A DNA stretch of 64,000 nucleotides from a virus. Lineage: Duplodnaviria; Heunggongvirae; Uroviricota; Caudoviricetes. How positions within the stretch are numbered: position 1 is the first letter of the stretch; each line of letters opens with the position of its first letter. Made by a program: the position numbers and the translations under genes. Shown here piece by piece: positions 1 to 9,793 of the stretch. Where the stretch lies: the IMG/VR virus record IMGVR_UViG_3300026549_002453. The stretch is one strand, 5' to 3'. The notes below the pieces were generated by a model. That model saw only the letters and a program-made list of their open reading frames with translations, did no database searches and was not told the origin of the DNA.

Positions 1-237
1 ATGAGCTACATTATAAGAATCTTTATTGTAATAATAGGATTAGGTATGCTAGCAGCATTTATTAAATGGGCTGTAAGTGATGTGAAAGAGTATGATGGAA
101 AGCTTGACCTCAGCTTGAAAATTATTGGAATAATTCTTGGTATTAGTGTATGTTTATTTATAGTTGGTCTAGGTCTTTTGGGAGACATAGAATTAATATT
201 AGAGTTTATATATAAGTTTGTTAGATATGCTATTTAG
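1..237 (+). CDS. hypothetical small membrane protein; may start upstream of the window
   Basis: ORF at the window start; two hydrophobic helices; no recognisable motif. Confidence 0.3.
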   Translation: MSYIIRIFIVIIGLGMLAAFIKWAVSDVKEYDGKLDLSLKIIGIILGISVCLFIVGLGLLGDIELILEFIYKFVRYAI

Positions 238-685
238 AAAAATCATTAAAATAGTGGCAACACTTTTAGTACTTCTATTATGTTTAGGACTTCTTTTTTT
301 AAGATACTCTGAGCCCAAAGATAAGCTTATATCGTATTCAGAAGAAACGATAGGCTTACCGCTAGCGAGGTATGTCGAGGATGCAAGAGGCAGAATAAAT
401 GAGGAGTGCTTATATGTTGAAATGAAGATAAGTTCAAGTAAAGAGCAGGAAGTATTACAAATATTTGAAGATAAGTACAAGGGTATTGAAGCGAAAGAAG
501 AAAGGATCTTATTTGAGCACACTGGACTATCTACTTCTTTCCACAATTTCTTCAAGGTAAAAGATTTGACTGTGGATAAAACATATAATCTTCTTAAATT
601 GGGTAAATCAAATAACACTAGAGATATTTGGATTCAGTTTGTCACAGACAGTGATAATATACTTTGGCTATATATTATTGGGTAA
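218..685 (+). CDS. hypothetical protein with N-terminal TM helix
   Basis: 155-aa ORF; hydrophobic N-terminus; no motif recognised. Confidence 0.35.
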   Translation: MLDMLFRKIIKIVATLLVLLLCLGLLFLRYSEPKDKLISYSEETIGLPLARYVEDARGRINEECLYVEMKISSSKEQEVLQIFEDKYKGIEAKEERILFEHTGLSTSFHNFFKVKDLTVDKTYNLLKLGKSNNTRDIWIQFVTDSDNILWLYIIG

Positions 686-760
686 GAGAAAGAAAGGGAT
701 AGTATGCGCCTAAATCGGTATTGTAGGATTATGTAAAAAAGAAAAGGAGAATTTAGAACT

Positions 761-1759
761 ATGAAAAGAAAACTTATTAGCATTTTTATAATCATGGCTG
801 TCTTAGTGACCTCTGTTGTCCCTGTATTTGCTGCAAATAGGACAGTAAGTCAAGTAACGGCAAAAAACAAGTATGAACTTTCATACAAGATTGTAAACGA
901 TATATTTAATAATAGTAAAATTACCAATCCAAAGAAGTTAGTTGTAGTTAATGGTGAGAGTATACCTGATTTAGTATCGGGGTCAGCGTTAGCAAAAGCT
1001 ATGAAGGCACCTATAGTGTATTATAGTAAGTCGTATGAGACAAAAATTGTTAATTTAATTTCAGATAATTATCTTAAGAAACAAGAAATCTATATTATAG
1101 GCGGTACAGGCGCTATTCCATCTACTTTGGATACAAAAATTAAAAACAAAGGGTATAAAGTAACAAGATTCGCTGGAAGTAATAGATATGAAACTAATAT
1201 GAAAGTTTTAAAATATGTGAATGGCTTGTGTGAAGACTTTCTATTTGTAAATTGTGATGATTCATTATCTTTAAAATTAGCATTAAGATATCAATCTGCA
1301 CTCGACGACAACAGTAATTTTCTTATAGCTATTGTAAATAAAAATACCTTAACAGCAAGTCAAAAAACCTTCTTTAACCCTTTTGCACCTAAAGGACTTA
1401 TAAGATATACTTATGTGGTGGGTACTACTTCAAATATCACTAATAATCTTCAGAAGACGCTGCGCGCAAAAAGAGTTGTTCCCTCTGCATCAAAGTTAAC
1501 AAGTATTATGAATAAGAAAGCAACTTCTGCAGTAATAGTACCTGATAATAATCTATTCTATGCAGTATTGGGACAAGAATATAACTATTTCTTTAATAAA
1601 GGAAAAGGTGAACTTATATATGCTAATTATAATAATCACAGTCATTTAAATAAATATAAAAGTTCTAATATAACAAAAATAACACTTATCGGAAGCAATT
1701 TTTCTAAAACCGAATTAACCAAACTCAATCAATTAGTAAATCAAAAAAGTGGAAAATAG
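761..1759 (+). CDS. secreted protein with putative cell-wall-binding repeats (CWB2-like)
   Basis: AAGGAG RBS; signal peptide (MKRKLISIFIIMAVLVTSVVPVFA); recurring GGTGAIPS...TRFAGSNRYETN motifs that resemble clostridial cell-wall-binding repeat 2. Confidence 0.5.
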   Translation: MKRKLISIFIIMAVLVTSVVPVFAANRTVSQVTAKNKYELSYKIVNDIFNNSKITNPKKLVVVNGESIPDLVSGSALAKAMKAPIVYYSKSYETKIVNLISDNYLKKQEIYIIGGTGAIPSTLDTKIKNKGYKVTRFAGSNRYETNMKVLKYVNGLCEDFLFVNCDDSLSLKLALRYQSALDDNSNFLIAIVNKNTLTASQKTFFNPFAPKGLIRYTYVVGTTSNITNNLQKTLRAKRVVPSASKLTSIMNKKATSAVIVPDNNLFYAVLGQEYNYFFNKGKGELIYANYNNHSHLNKYKSSNITKITLIGSNFSKTELTKLNQLVNQKSGK

Positions 1760-1801
1760 TACCTATTCTTTTGAACAATAAATAACAATTGGAGGTATTA
1801 A

Positions 1802-2803
1802 ATGATAGGACTTATAATCACAGTAATTATATTAGTAATTTTAATCGCACTTATTGTAACTAATATCGTAATCGTGCCACAAGAGCACGCATACGTTTTA
1901 GAGTTTCTTGGAAAATACAAAACTACTTGGGGAGCAGGACTTCATATTAAAATTCCAATCGTAGAAAGAATTGTAAGAAAAATAAGCCTTAAAGAGCAAG
2001 TATTAGACTTTCCACCACAACCAGTAATTACAAAAGATAATGTAAGTGTAAGCATTGACAGCGTGGTATTTGCAAAAGTATTTGACCCAAGACTCTATAC
2101 TTATGGAGTAGAAAATCCTATTGCTGGTCTACAAAACCTTAGCGCTACTACATTAAGAAATATTATTGGTAGTATGGAACTTGACCAAACTCTTACTTCA
2201 AGAGATAAAATAAATGCTCAAATGGAAGCAATTCTTGATGAAGCAACAGATAAATGGGGAATTAAAGTCACAAGAGTAGAGCTTAAGAACATTACTCCAC
2301 CAAGAGAAATTGAAGAAGTAATGACTAAGCAGATGAGAGCAGAAAGAGAAAGGAGACAAACAGTATTAGAAGCTCAAGCTCACCAAGAAGCAGTAGTAAG
2401 TAGAGCAAAGGGTGACAAAGAAGCAAAGGTTCTTGCTGCTCAGGCAGAAAAAGAAGCAAGAATAGCTCTCGCAGAGGGTGAAGCTGAAGCGATTAGAAAA
2501 GTTGCTGAAGCGGAAGCCAGAGGAATCACATATCTTAAAGAAGCAAATGCTGATGAACAAGTTTTAAGGTTAAAGGGTTTAGAAGCACTTAAAAATGTAG
2601 CAGACGGAAATGCTACAAAGATATTCATGCCAAGTGATATAACAGGACTTGTTAGCACTTTAGGCGTAGTAGGTGAAAGCCTTTCTAAAACTCCGGTTAA
2701 CGAGAAAAAAGAAAAAGTAAAAGAAAAACCTGTTGACGATTGTGCTTCGCATCACAAGTCTGATGTAAGTAGAAACATTATCGAGGAAGATAAAACTTAT
2801 TAG
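1802..2803 (+). CDS. SPFH/band-7 (stomatin/prohibitin-like) membrane protein
   Basis: N-terminal TM helix; clear SPFH core (IVPQEHAYVLEFLGKY...DNVSVSIDSVVFAKVFDP...TRVELKNITPP); A/E/K-rich coiled-coil tail. Confidence 0.85.
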   Translation: MIGLIITVIILVILIALIVTNIVIVPQEHAYVLEFLGKYKTTWGAGLHIKIPIVERIVRKISLKEQVLDFPPQPVITKDNVSVSIDSVVFAKVFDPRLYTYGVENPIAGLQNLSATTLRNIIGSMELDQTLTSRDKINAQMEAILDEATDKWGIKVTRVELKNITPPREIEEVMTKQMRAERERRQTVLEAQAHQEAVVSRAKGDKEAKVLAAQAEKEARIALAEGEAEAIRKVAEAEARGITYLKEANADEQVLRLKGLEALKNVADGNATKIFMPSDITGLVSTLGVVGESLSKTPVNEKKEKVKEKPVDDCASHHKSDVSRNIIEEDKTY

Positions 2804-2855
2804 AACATGCAGAATATCAAAGTTGTAACAGAAGAAGATATAAAAAGAGACGCTA

Positions 2856-3293
2856 GTGTGTAGCATCTTTTACATTGGAGGGAAATTGAAAAAGAACACA
2901 AGCGCAGTTAAAGGAACAAAAGATAATAAGAATGTTATAGGGTTAGTGTTTGGTATAACATTTATTGTATTAGTTTCGGTGCTGATAATGTTCACAGGCA
3001 CAATAAAAAGCAATCAAGGGCAGGTACACCCACTTTTGGATTTACTTCTGTTGTTCATTCCGTCGTTAATTACAGGTATTGTGTATAGCGTTTACCGGAT
3101 AATGCTTTATGCTGTGGGAGTCCTTGGTTTCATTAGTATCGGAGTAAGCATATACCCCAAAACTAGACACAGTATAGGAATAGCTTTAACCATAATCGGA
3201 ATCGTTTTGTATGCTCTTGTTTTACGTATGATACTAACTGGAGAATTTGATATAGATTTCGTTCTATGGCGAAATTCAGAAAACATGATTTAG
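2856..3293 (+). CDS. multi-pass membrane protein (possible SPFH partner)
   Basis: Four hydrophobic helices; the start may instead be TTG at 2886 after GGAGG. Confidence 0.45.
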   Translation: MCSIFYIGGKLKKNTSAVKGTKDNKNVIGLVFGITFIVLVSVLIMFTGTIKSNQGQVHPLLDLLLLFIPSLITGIVYSVYRIMLYAVGVLGFISIGVSIYPKTRHSIGIALTIIGIVLYALVLRMILTGEFDIDFVLWRNSENMI

Positions 3294-3303
3294 GAGGAAT
3301 GTT

Positions 3304-3972
3304 GTGAAGAGAAAAATCGGACTAATTTTGCTCCTTGTTAACATAATATTATTAGTAGGCTGTTCCGTTTCTTGGAGGGAAGATGCCTCTAATATGCTTC
3401 AAGCAAAATATGGGGAGACTTTCACTGTAACAAAATATCTTGGAAGGGATTTTCGGTATAAGTATTACGAAGTTGAGGCTTATTCCGATAGTTATCCAGA
3501 TATGATATTTACTGCTTCGATAGAAAACAATCTAACAGGCATGTCAGATAGTTACGGAACGAAAAGACTTGGAAGAACAATTTCTAATACCCTTACGGAA
3601 GAGATTAGGGAATTAGATACTAACTGTTACGTATATACGGAGTTTGTTATTCCAGACTACCTGATAGACGATCCAAATCTTACAGTGCCGGAAATGAATA
3701 ACGAATTAGAGCAGAAATCAGTGAGCATCTATATCTTTTTAACAGAAGACTTTGGTATGGATGAGGTTATAACAACTGTAGAGAAAAGCCTATTACATAT
3801 TCCTAAATTTAAAGGAGTATTGAGAATATTCAGGCTCAGTAATCAGGAAATAGAAGAAATAAAAGAGTATCACAATAAAGGGATCAGAGAATTTGATGTA
3901 GAAGTAAAAATGTCAGATTGCGAAATAGGAAGATATAGATTTGAAAATAGCAAAATTGTGGAGGAACTTTAA
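3304..3972 (+). CDS. lipoprotein (family A)
   Basis: AGGAGG RBS; lipobox LLVGC; paralog of 6298..7014 (shared KYGETFTV / SDSYG / NCYVY motifs). Confidence 0.6.
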   Translation: MKRKIGLILLLVNIILLVGCSVSWREDASNMLQAKYGETFTVTKYLGRDFRYKYYEVEAYSDSYPDMIFTASIENNLTGMSDSYGTKRLGRTISNTLTEEIRELDTNCYVYTEFVIPDYLIDDPNLTVPEMNNELEQKSVSIYIFLTEDFGMDEVITTVEKSLLHIPKFKGVLRIFRLSNQEIEEIKEYHNKGIREFDVEVKMSDCEIGRYRFENSKIVEEL

Positions 3973-3975
3973 ATT

Positions 3976-5373
3976 ATGAGAAAAGTAATAGGTATTATAT
4001 TAATTCTTAGCTTAGTTATTTCAATCTCTTCATGTGGAACAAAGGAAGAAGCGAAAGAAGAACCGGTAACTCAAGAAAAGGAAGAACTTACTGTACCGGA
4101 AGAAATTAAAGAAGAAAAGGAAGAAGAAACCCCAGAAGAAATAAACAATACTAGTAGTACAGAATCTCTCCTTTATCCTTTTGCAGAAAATCTCGAAGAA
4201 GTAACTATGGGTGAACTTTATAAAGGTAGCGTCTATAAATACGTTACAGTAAAAGTACCTGAAAACTATGCTCTATATGGACAAGGCGTTTCTGCTAATG
4301 ATGAAAAGTATAACCTTGACAGCGGAGCATGGGGTGGAAGAAGTCTTAAGGAAATAAAAGAAAATGAAGAGAGGTATGCTGAATATCAAACAGCAATATT
4401 GAATGATATTCGGTATATGGGGTATAACGAGACTGAGGAAGAGCTAAAACACTTATTTTTCACTTGGGATATTATTGAAACAAAAAATAGAAGCGGAGAA
4501 GAATGGGATACTACTTTCGAAGAAGATAAAGCAGCAGTTCCTGGAGGTTTTACTATAGGTTCAGGGACTGAACATGAAGCATATTTTTATGACGCGAATA
4601 TTAAGCCCTTAGAACAATCTTCGTCTTTTACAGATGATTATTATGTATACATGATGTATAAACTCAATGACGAAGTGTATCTTGGAGCTGTTTTTTATTC
4701 AGATAATTTGAAGAAATACTCATTAGAAGAACTAAGTGAAGCTATATATAATTTTGTAAGTCCAATAGATAGTGAAAATGCTGAAGAATACACTTTCCAA
4801 GAAGAAGAAAGAATAATTCCTGAAGATTTATATACTTTTATCGTAGATGGTAAGGAAATCATTGTAGGCAAAACGACTTACGGAGAAATAGCAGAATCAT
4901 TTAAAGTATCAGGCTTTTTAGATGAAGAGGGGCTACCTTTAGATGAAAAGATGAAGGATAGTACTAAAGTATATAAAAAAGAGGCATCATTTGGTTCAGT
5001 TATATACGAAGACCACTGCTGGATAATATCTAATAGTTCTGATACATATTTCGCAGCAGTGCTTGAATCACCAAAACTTAATGAAGATGCTACGTGGCGT
5101 GATGCAATAATAACAGCAATTTCAGTAAGTAACAGTCTTGAAGCAAGCCATATACCTATAAACAGAAAAGATGGTATTCATTTAAAAAGAGACGTACTAA
5201 AAAATACTGTAGACGAAATAAAAGAAGCTGTTGGATTAGAAGACAAACTAGATGAAACGATAAGAGAAAACGGCCTAACAATTCTCGAATGGAGTGATAA
5301 GCTAATTGACTTAACCATATACTATGAAGATGATGAAATAACAGATTTAAGGGTGGATTACAAGCAGTGGTAG
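3976..5373 (+). CDS. acidic lipoprotein
   Basis: Signal peptide plus lipobox (ISSCG); E/K-rich linker; 465 aa. Confidence 0.55.
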   Translation: MRKVIGIILILSLVISISSCGTKEEAKEEPVTQEKEELTVPEEIKEEKEEETPEEINNTSSTESLLYPFAENLEEVTMGELYKGSVYKYVTVKVPENYALYGQGVSANDEKYNLDSGAWGGRSLKEIKENEERYAEYQTAILNDIRYMGYNETEEELKHLFFTWDIIETKNRSGEEWDTTFEEDKAAVPGGFTIGSGTEHEAYFYDANIKPLEQSSSFTDDYYVYMMYKLNDEVYLGAVFYSDNLKKYSLEELSEAIYNFVSPIDSENAEEYTFQEEERIIPEDLYTFIVDGKEIIVGKTTYGEIAESFKVSGFLDEEGLPLDEKMKDSTKVYKKEASFGSVIYEDHCWIISNSSDTYFAAVLESPKLNEDATWRDAIITAISVSNSLEASHIPINRKDGIHLKRDVLKNTVDEIKEAVGLEDKLDETIRENGLTILEWSDKLIDLTIYYEDDEITDLRVDYKQW

Positions 5374-5383
5374 GAGGAAAACA

Positions 5384-6283
5384 ATGAAAAAGATAACTAT
5401 TATTTTATTCAGCTTAATCCTTTGTCTGGCTTTAGCTGCCTGTGGCAATAAAACGACATCGAATAATGATAGTAACGGACAGAGTGAGTTCACTTCTGAG
5501 GCAACTTCTAATAGTGGCTACTTTAAGTTGGACGTGCTTGATGAAACGGTGATTGAAGGGTACACAGATGAAGGGTTAAAACAGACGGAACTTGTAATTC
5601 CAGCAGATTGTACGGCTATTAGCGGTCTTCGCGACAATGAAACAGTTGAACAAATCATTTTTAAAAACCCGGATACTGTAATCGAACCTTCAACATTTAG
5701 TGGATGCACAAACCTTAAACATATTAAGCTTCCTGACAATATGAAGGACATTGGACGAAACATGTTCAATAATTGCCAAAGCCTAAAAGACGTTTCTCTC
5801 CCGGATGGAGTGGTAAGTATTGCGCACGATGCGTTTAATAATTGCACATCACTAGAAACAATCGAGTTTGGGAATAATCTTGTTGCTATTGATAGAGATG
5901 CATTTTGGAACTGTTCATCGTTAAAAAGTCTATCTTTGCCTGACCCTGTAGAAACAATAGGCGAAAATGCATTTAAAAACTGCGAATCACTAGAAGAGGT
6001 TTCCTTTGGTACTGGATTAAAAACCATAGGAGAGGAAGCATTTGATGCATGTAAAAATCTAAAATCTGTAAAATTACAAGAAGGTGTAAAAAGTATAGAA
6101 AACTACGCTTTCTTTACTGCGGGATTAGAAGAGATTTATCTCCCTGCCAGCATTGAATCAATCTCTATACAAAGCATACCGCAGAATATAACGGTATACG
6201 TTGTTGAAGGTAGTTATGCTGATCAAACCCTAAATGGATGGGTGAGTGATATGGGAGTACGGTATAACATACAGTATCAATAA
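5384..6283 (+). CDS. lipoprotein with BspA-type leucine-rich repeats
   Basis: Lipobox LAACG; repeated ~23-aa units (IGxxAFxNCxSLxxVxLPD), typical of the LRR_5/BspA surface-protein family. Confidence 0.65.
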   Translation: MKKITIILFSLILCLALAACGNKTTSNNDSNGQSEFTSEATSNSGYFKLDVLDETVIEGYTDEGLKQTELVIPADCTAISGLRDNETVEQIIFKNPDTVIEPSTFSGCTNLKHIKLPDNMKDIGRNMFNNCQSLKDVSLPDGVVSIAHDAFNNCTSLETIEFGNNLVAIDRDAFWNCSSLKSLSLPDPVETIGENAFKNCESLEEVSFGTGLKTIGEEAFDACKNLKSVKLQEGVKSIENYAFFTAGLEEIYLPASIESISIQSIPQNITVYVVEGSYADQTLNGWVSDMGVRYNIQYQ

Positions 6284-6297
6284 ATCAAAGGTCTATC

Positions 6298-7014
6298 ATG
6301 AAAGAGAAATATGAAGATCACTTAAAAAGACGAATTTTAATTTTAATAATAGTATCTCTCATAGCCGGCTTACTTTCCGGGTGTATGGGAAATAGTATAG
6401 AAAAGCGTAAGGCAAAGGCAAAAGAATTGCTCGAAAAAGAATATAACGAGTCTTTCACTGTAACAGATTATATAGAAAGAAAAATTGGAGAAGATTTTTT
6501 TCGTGTAACAGCATACGCTGATAATTACCCAAATATTATATTTTCTGCAAGCGTGGATGTTTATGGAAAAGGAATATCAGATAGTTATGGAGCTAGACGT
6601 ATATGCGATACTATTTCAAAATATGTCAAATCAAAATTAAGTTATTTAAATAGGGATTGTTATGTATTCTCGCGAAGTCTAATAGAAGAAATGTATGTCG
6701 AGAATCCTAGTGTTGGGATTGAAGAACTAAAAAGCGAGATGCAAGATCGCACTGTGGATATATTTGTACTAATCCCGGAAGAAGCAAATAAATCAATTGT
6801 AATTAATGAATCAATGTTTGCTGATTTAGCTTCAGAATTTGATTATATGGCGGGGTTTATGAGGGCATACTTAGTGAATGATGAACTATTAAATGAAATC
6901 CAAACGCATTTAAATAAAAATGACAAACTTAGTTATGAATTAAATAAAGAATTAATAAAACTCGACGGATATGAGTATTATTACAAAAACGGGGTTTTAA
7001 CAAGAGCAGAATAA
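6298..7014 (+). CDS. lipoprotein (family A paralog)
   Basis: Lipobox LSGC; collinear similarity to the 3304..3972 product. Confidence 0.6.
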   Translation: MKEKYEDHLKRRILILIIVSLIAGLLSGCMGNSIEKRKAKAKELLEKEYNESFTVTDYIERKIGEDFFRVTAYADNYPNIIFSASVDVYGKGISDSYGARRICDTISKYVKSKLSYLNRDCYVFSRSLIEEMYVENPSVGIEELKSEMQDRTVDIFVLIPEEANKSIVINESMFADLASEFDYMAGFMRAYLVNDELLNEIQTHLNKNDKLSYELNKELIKLDGYEYYYKNGVLTRAE

Positions 7015-7017
7015 CTG

Positions 7018-7749
7018 GTGGATAAGATGAAAAAGAAAATAGTTTTAATCGTTAGTTTAATTCTTTGTTTTGTCTTAGCTTCTTGCGGATGCCTTAGAGT
7101 AAACAAAGAACAAAAGGCAGGTAATAAGGCAATCGCATATATTGAGGGTAAATACGGAAAGACCTTCACTCCTCTTAGTTATGATTTTGCAGATTATCTG
7201 TCTAATGAAGACATGGTGGAATGTTATACCGAGGGAATGGATCCCGATAAGGAACATGTCACTATTTTCATTGATAACGAAAATGGTAAAGTAAAGTATA
7301 GGGATAACTATTTCGGATTTTTAATAAGAGATGAAATGGAGGCCTATGTTAACAATATCGTAACTAAAGAGTTTCCTGAGTGCAAATCTTTCGTTGCAAT
7401 TAACATAGATAGTTTTCCAGATGAACTGGATTATGACAACCATTTGGAAGACTTGTACAGAGTGCAAAAGGACTACTGGATGACAGTTACGGTTTTTATA
7501 AAGGCAGATGAAAATATTGCTACAGAGGATTATCAAGAAAAGACAAGCCACATAGTTAGTGAACTTCAAGATAGTAAGCATAGATATACATTTGCTATTT
7601 ACGCTGTTAACCAAGATTATTACGACGGCCTAGAGAGATATAAACAAGAGGATTTTTGGAATCAGTATTTCTCTAATGAGAACCGAAAAGAAGATATTTA
7701 CATATTCGAACAACACAAAACAATTATTGATGGTGAACAAATAAGGTAA
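7018..7749 (+). CDS. lipoprotein (distant family A member); start probably ATG 7027
   Basis: Lipobox LASCGC; IEGKYGKTFT motif echoes the neighbouring lipoproteins. Confidence 0.5.
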   Translation: MDKMKKKIVLIVSLILCFVLASCGCLRVNKEQKAGNKAIAYIEGKYGKTFTPLSYDFADYLSNEDMVECYTEGMDPDKEHVTIFIDNENGKVKYRDNYFGFLIRDEMEAYVNNIVTKEFPECKSFVAINIDSFPDELDYDNHLEDLYRVQKDYWMTVTVFIKADENIATEDYQEKTSHIVSELQDSKHRYTFAIYAVNQDYYDGLERYKQEDFWNQYFSNENRKEDIYIFEQHKTIIDGEQIR

Positions 7750-7818
7750 GAAAATGGAAATAGAAGTTAACAAGAAACAAAAACCGGAATGACCAATTAA
7801 CAGAAAGAGGAGACCAAA

Positions 7819-8112
7819 ATGGAGAAAACAGAAGCGAGAAAATTACTAAAAGAGTATTCAAGAATATCTTTTGAAACAGTAAAGAAGGCTTATGCGAAAG
7901 AACCTTATGACATTAAAGTAATTGATGATATTCAGAGTACCTTGCAGGAACTTATTGATTCTGGCGTGTTTTCAAATGAGAATCCACAAGTTAAAAAGAT
8001 GCTCTCAGAAACACTTCTTGATATAAAATATGCCCATAATAGACAGAATATTACCAGTATAAGAATGGCCCAATATATAAAAAATATGGTTAATAAAAAT
8101 ATAAAAGGATAG
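7819..8112 (+). CDS. hypothetical protein
   Basis: GAGGAG RBS; 97 aa; no motif. Confidence 0.45.
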   Translation: MEKTEARKLLKEYSRISFETVKKAYAKEPYDIKVIDDIQSTLQELIDSGVFSNENPQVKKMLSETLLDIKYAHNRQNITSIRMAQYIKNMVNKNIKG

Positions 8113-8181
8113 ATTCTACATTGTAAATATTTTACAATTTAAAATACAGCTTAAATTTATATACACAATTTATATTAGAAG

Positions 8182-8207
8182 AAGATTGGAATTCCAATCT
8201 TTTTTAT
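8182..8207 (+). terminator. Rho-independent terminator
   Basis: Perfect palindrome AAGATTGGAATTCCAATCTT followed by TTTTT. Confidence 0.7.
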
Positions 8208-8318
8208 TATTCACTTATATAATCACTGTTTAGTTGTAGAATTGTTATTAAATTGTTACTGTAATTATATTTAATAATAGAGTTATTATTAGCAGCATAA
8301 CACAATAGGAGGTATATA

Positions 8319-9308
8319 GTGGAATATATGTCTGCAAGCGTAGAAAATATGTGGATTATACCTGATAATGAGGAAAAACCGATTGATGCCAGAAGTACTC
8401 GTTATGAAAGTATGCCTAGCAAAAATGTGAAGCCATTTCTGAAGTGGGCTGGAGGGAAGAGTCAGCTTCTTTCGGAGATAGAAAAATACTATCCTTTTAA
8501 TTCCGGAAAGATAACAAAGTATGCAGAGCCTTTTGTTGGTGGTGGCGCGGTGCTGTTTGATATATTAAGTAAATACAACCTAAAAGAGGTTTATATTAGC
8601 GATATAAATGCAGAACTAATCAATACCTACATAATTATACGAGACAATATTGAAGGCTTAATTAAAGAATTATGCAAAATGAGAGATGATTACATTCCGT
8701 TAGAGACAGAAGACAGAAAAACCTATTACTATGAAAAAAGAGATAGATTCAATGATTTAAAAGTTAATGGCAACGAAGAAACTAACACCGAAAAAGCTGC
8801 TCTGATGATTTTCTTAAATCGAACCTGCTTTAACGGATTGTTCCGTGTAAATATGAAAGGCCAGTTCAATGTCCCAATAGGTTCCTATAAGAATCCTCTT
8901 ATTTGCGACGAAGATAATCTTCGAGATGTCTCAGAGAAGCTTAAGAACGTAACAATTATATGTGGCGACTACCAAGAGTCGAGAGACTTTATAGATAAAA
9001 ACACCTTCGTATATTTTGATCCGCCCTATAGACCATTGACGGAAACATCAAACTTTACAGCATACACAGAAAACCTGTTTAATGATGAGGAGCAAGTTGA
9101 ATTGGCGAAATTTGTAGATGAAATGGACAAGAAGGGTGCTCGGGTAGTGGTAAGCAACTCCGACCCAAAGAATTCAAACAACCAGGATGATTTCTTTGAT
9201 GAGATATATTCAGCACACAAGATAAAAAGAGTTGAAGCAAAGAGAATGATAAATTGCAATGGCGAAGCAAGAGGGAAAATAAAAGAGCTACTCATTTCAA
9301 ATTTTTAG
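8319..9308 (+). CDS. dam: DNA adenine methyltransferase, Dam family (D12 class)
   Basis: KPFLKWAGGK motif, AEPFVGGGAV (SAM motif I) and VYFDPPY (motif IV); AGGAGG RBS. Confidence 0.9.
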   Translation: MEYMSASVENMWIIPDNEEKPIDARSTRYESMPSKNVKPFLKWAGGKSQLLSEIEKYYPFNSGKITKYAEPFVGGGAVLFDILSKYNLKEVYISDINAELINTYIIIRDNIEGLIKELCKMRDDYIPLETEDRKTYYYEKRDRFNDLKVNGNEETNTEKAALMIFLNRTCFNGLFRVNMKGQFNVPIGSYKNPLICDEDNLRDVSEKLKNVTIICGDYQESRDFIDKNTFVYFDPPYRPLTETSNFTAYTENLFNDEEQVELAKFVDEMDKKGARVVVSNSDPKNSNNQDDFFDEIYSAHKIKRVEAKRMINCNGEARGKIKELLISNF

Positions 9309-9366
9309 TAGGTATGACGCGGTAAAATATATAAATATTGTAATAACATATAAATATTATAATTTA

Positions 9367-9394
9367 TTACAAATTTCTAAATAAGACGTATAAT
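9367..9394 (+). promoter_or_regulatory. sigma-A-type promoter TTACAA-16-TATAAT
   Basis: TTACAA at 9367-9372 and TATAAT at 9389-9394 in an AT-rich intergenic region upstream of 9466/9794. Confidence 0.45.
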
Positions 9395-9465
9395 TATATT
9401 TAATTATAAGTAAGCGTACAATGTTGTTGGTAACAAATAACAAAATTTATATAAAGGAGAGAATT

Positions 9466-9759
9466 ATGGCAGCAGGAGTAATGAGAACTAGAAAAGATGG
9501 GGGTTGTAGTATATGTAAAGCTGACCCAAAAAACGTAGGAAAGAGACGATGTAACCATGTTATGGATGGGGCTGAAATTAAAGTTAGAAAAGAAGGTAGT
9601 ACTAATTTCATAAATATATCAGGTAAGGTAGATGGAAAAAATACTAAGTTTGATATCCAAGCCAGTGATGAAAAGATAAAGTCTTACATAGGAAATCTTT
9701 CTAAAGGGTTAAGCAAAAAAGAGAAAAATAATATCCTTAACGCATTGAGAGAACAATAG
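9466..9759 (+). CDS. hypothetical Cys-containing basic protein (ORF-track start 9421 is probably too far upstream)
   Basis: AAGGAG RBS 8 nt before ATG 9466; CSICK...CNH motif. Confidence 0.4.
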   Translation: MAAGVMRTRKDGGCSICKADPKNVGKRRCNHVMDGAEIKVRKEGSTNFINISGKVDGKNTKFDIQASDEKIKSYIGNLSKGLSKKEKNNILNALREQ

Positions 9760-9793
9760 GTGATAATACATCATCCAAGGTTAGGAGGGAACA

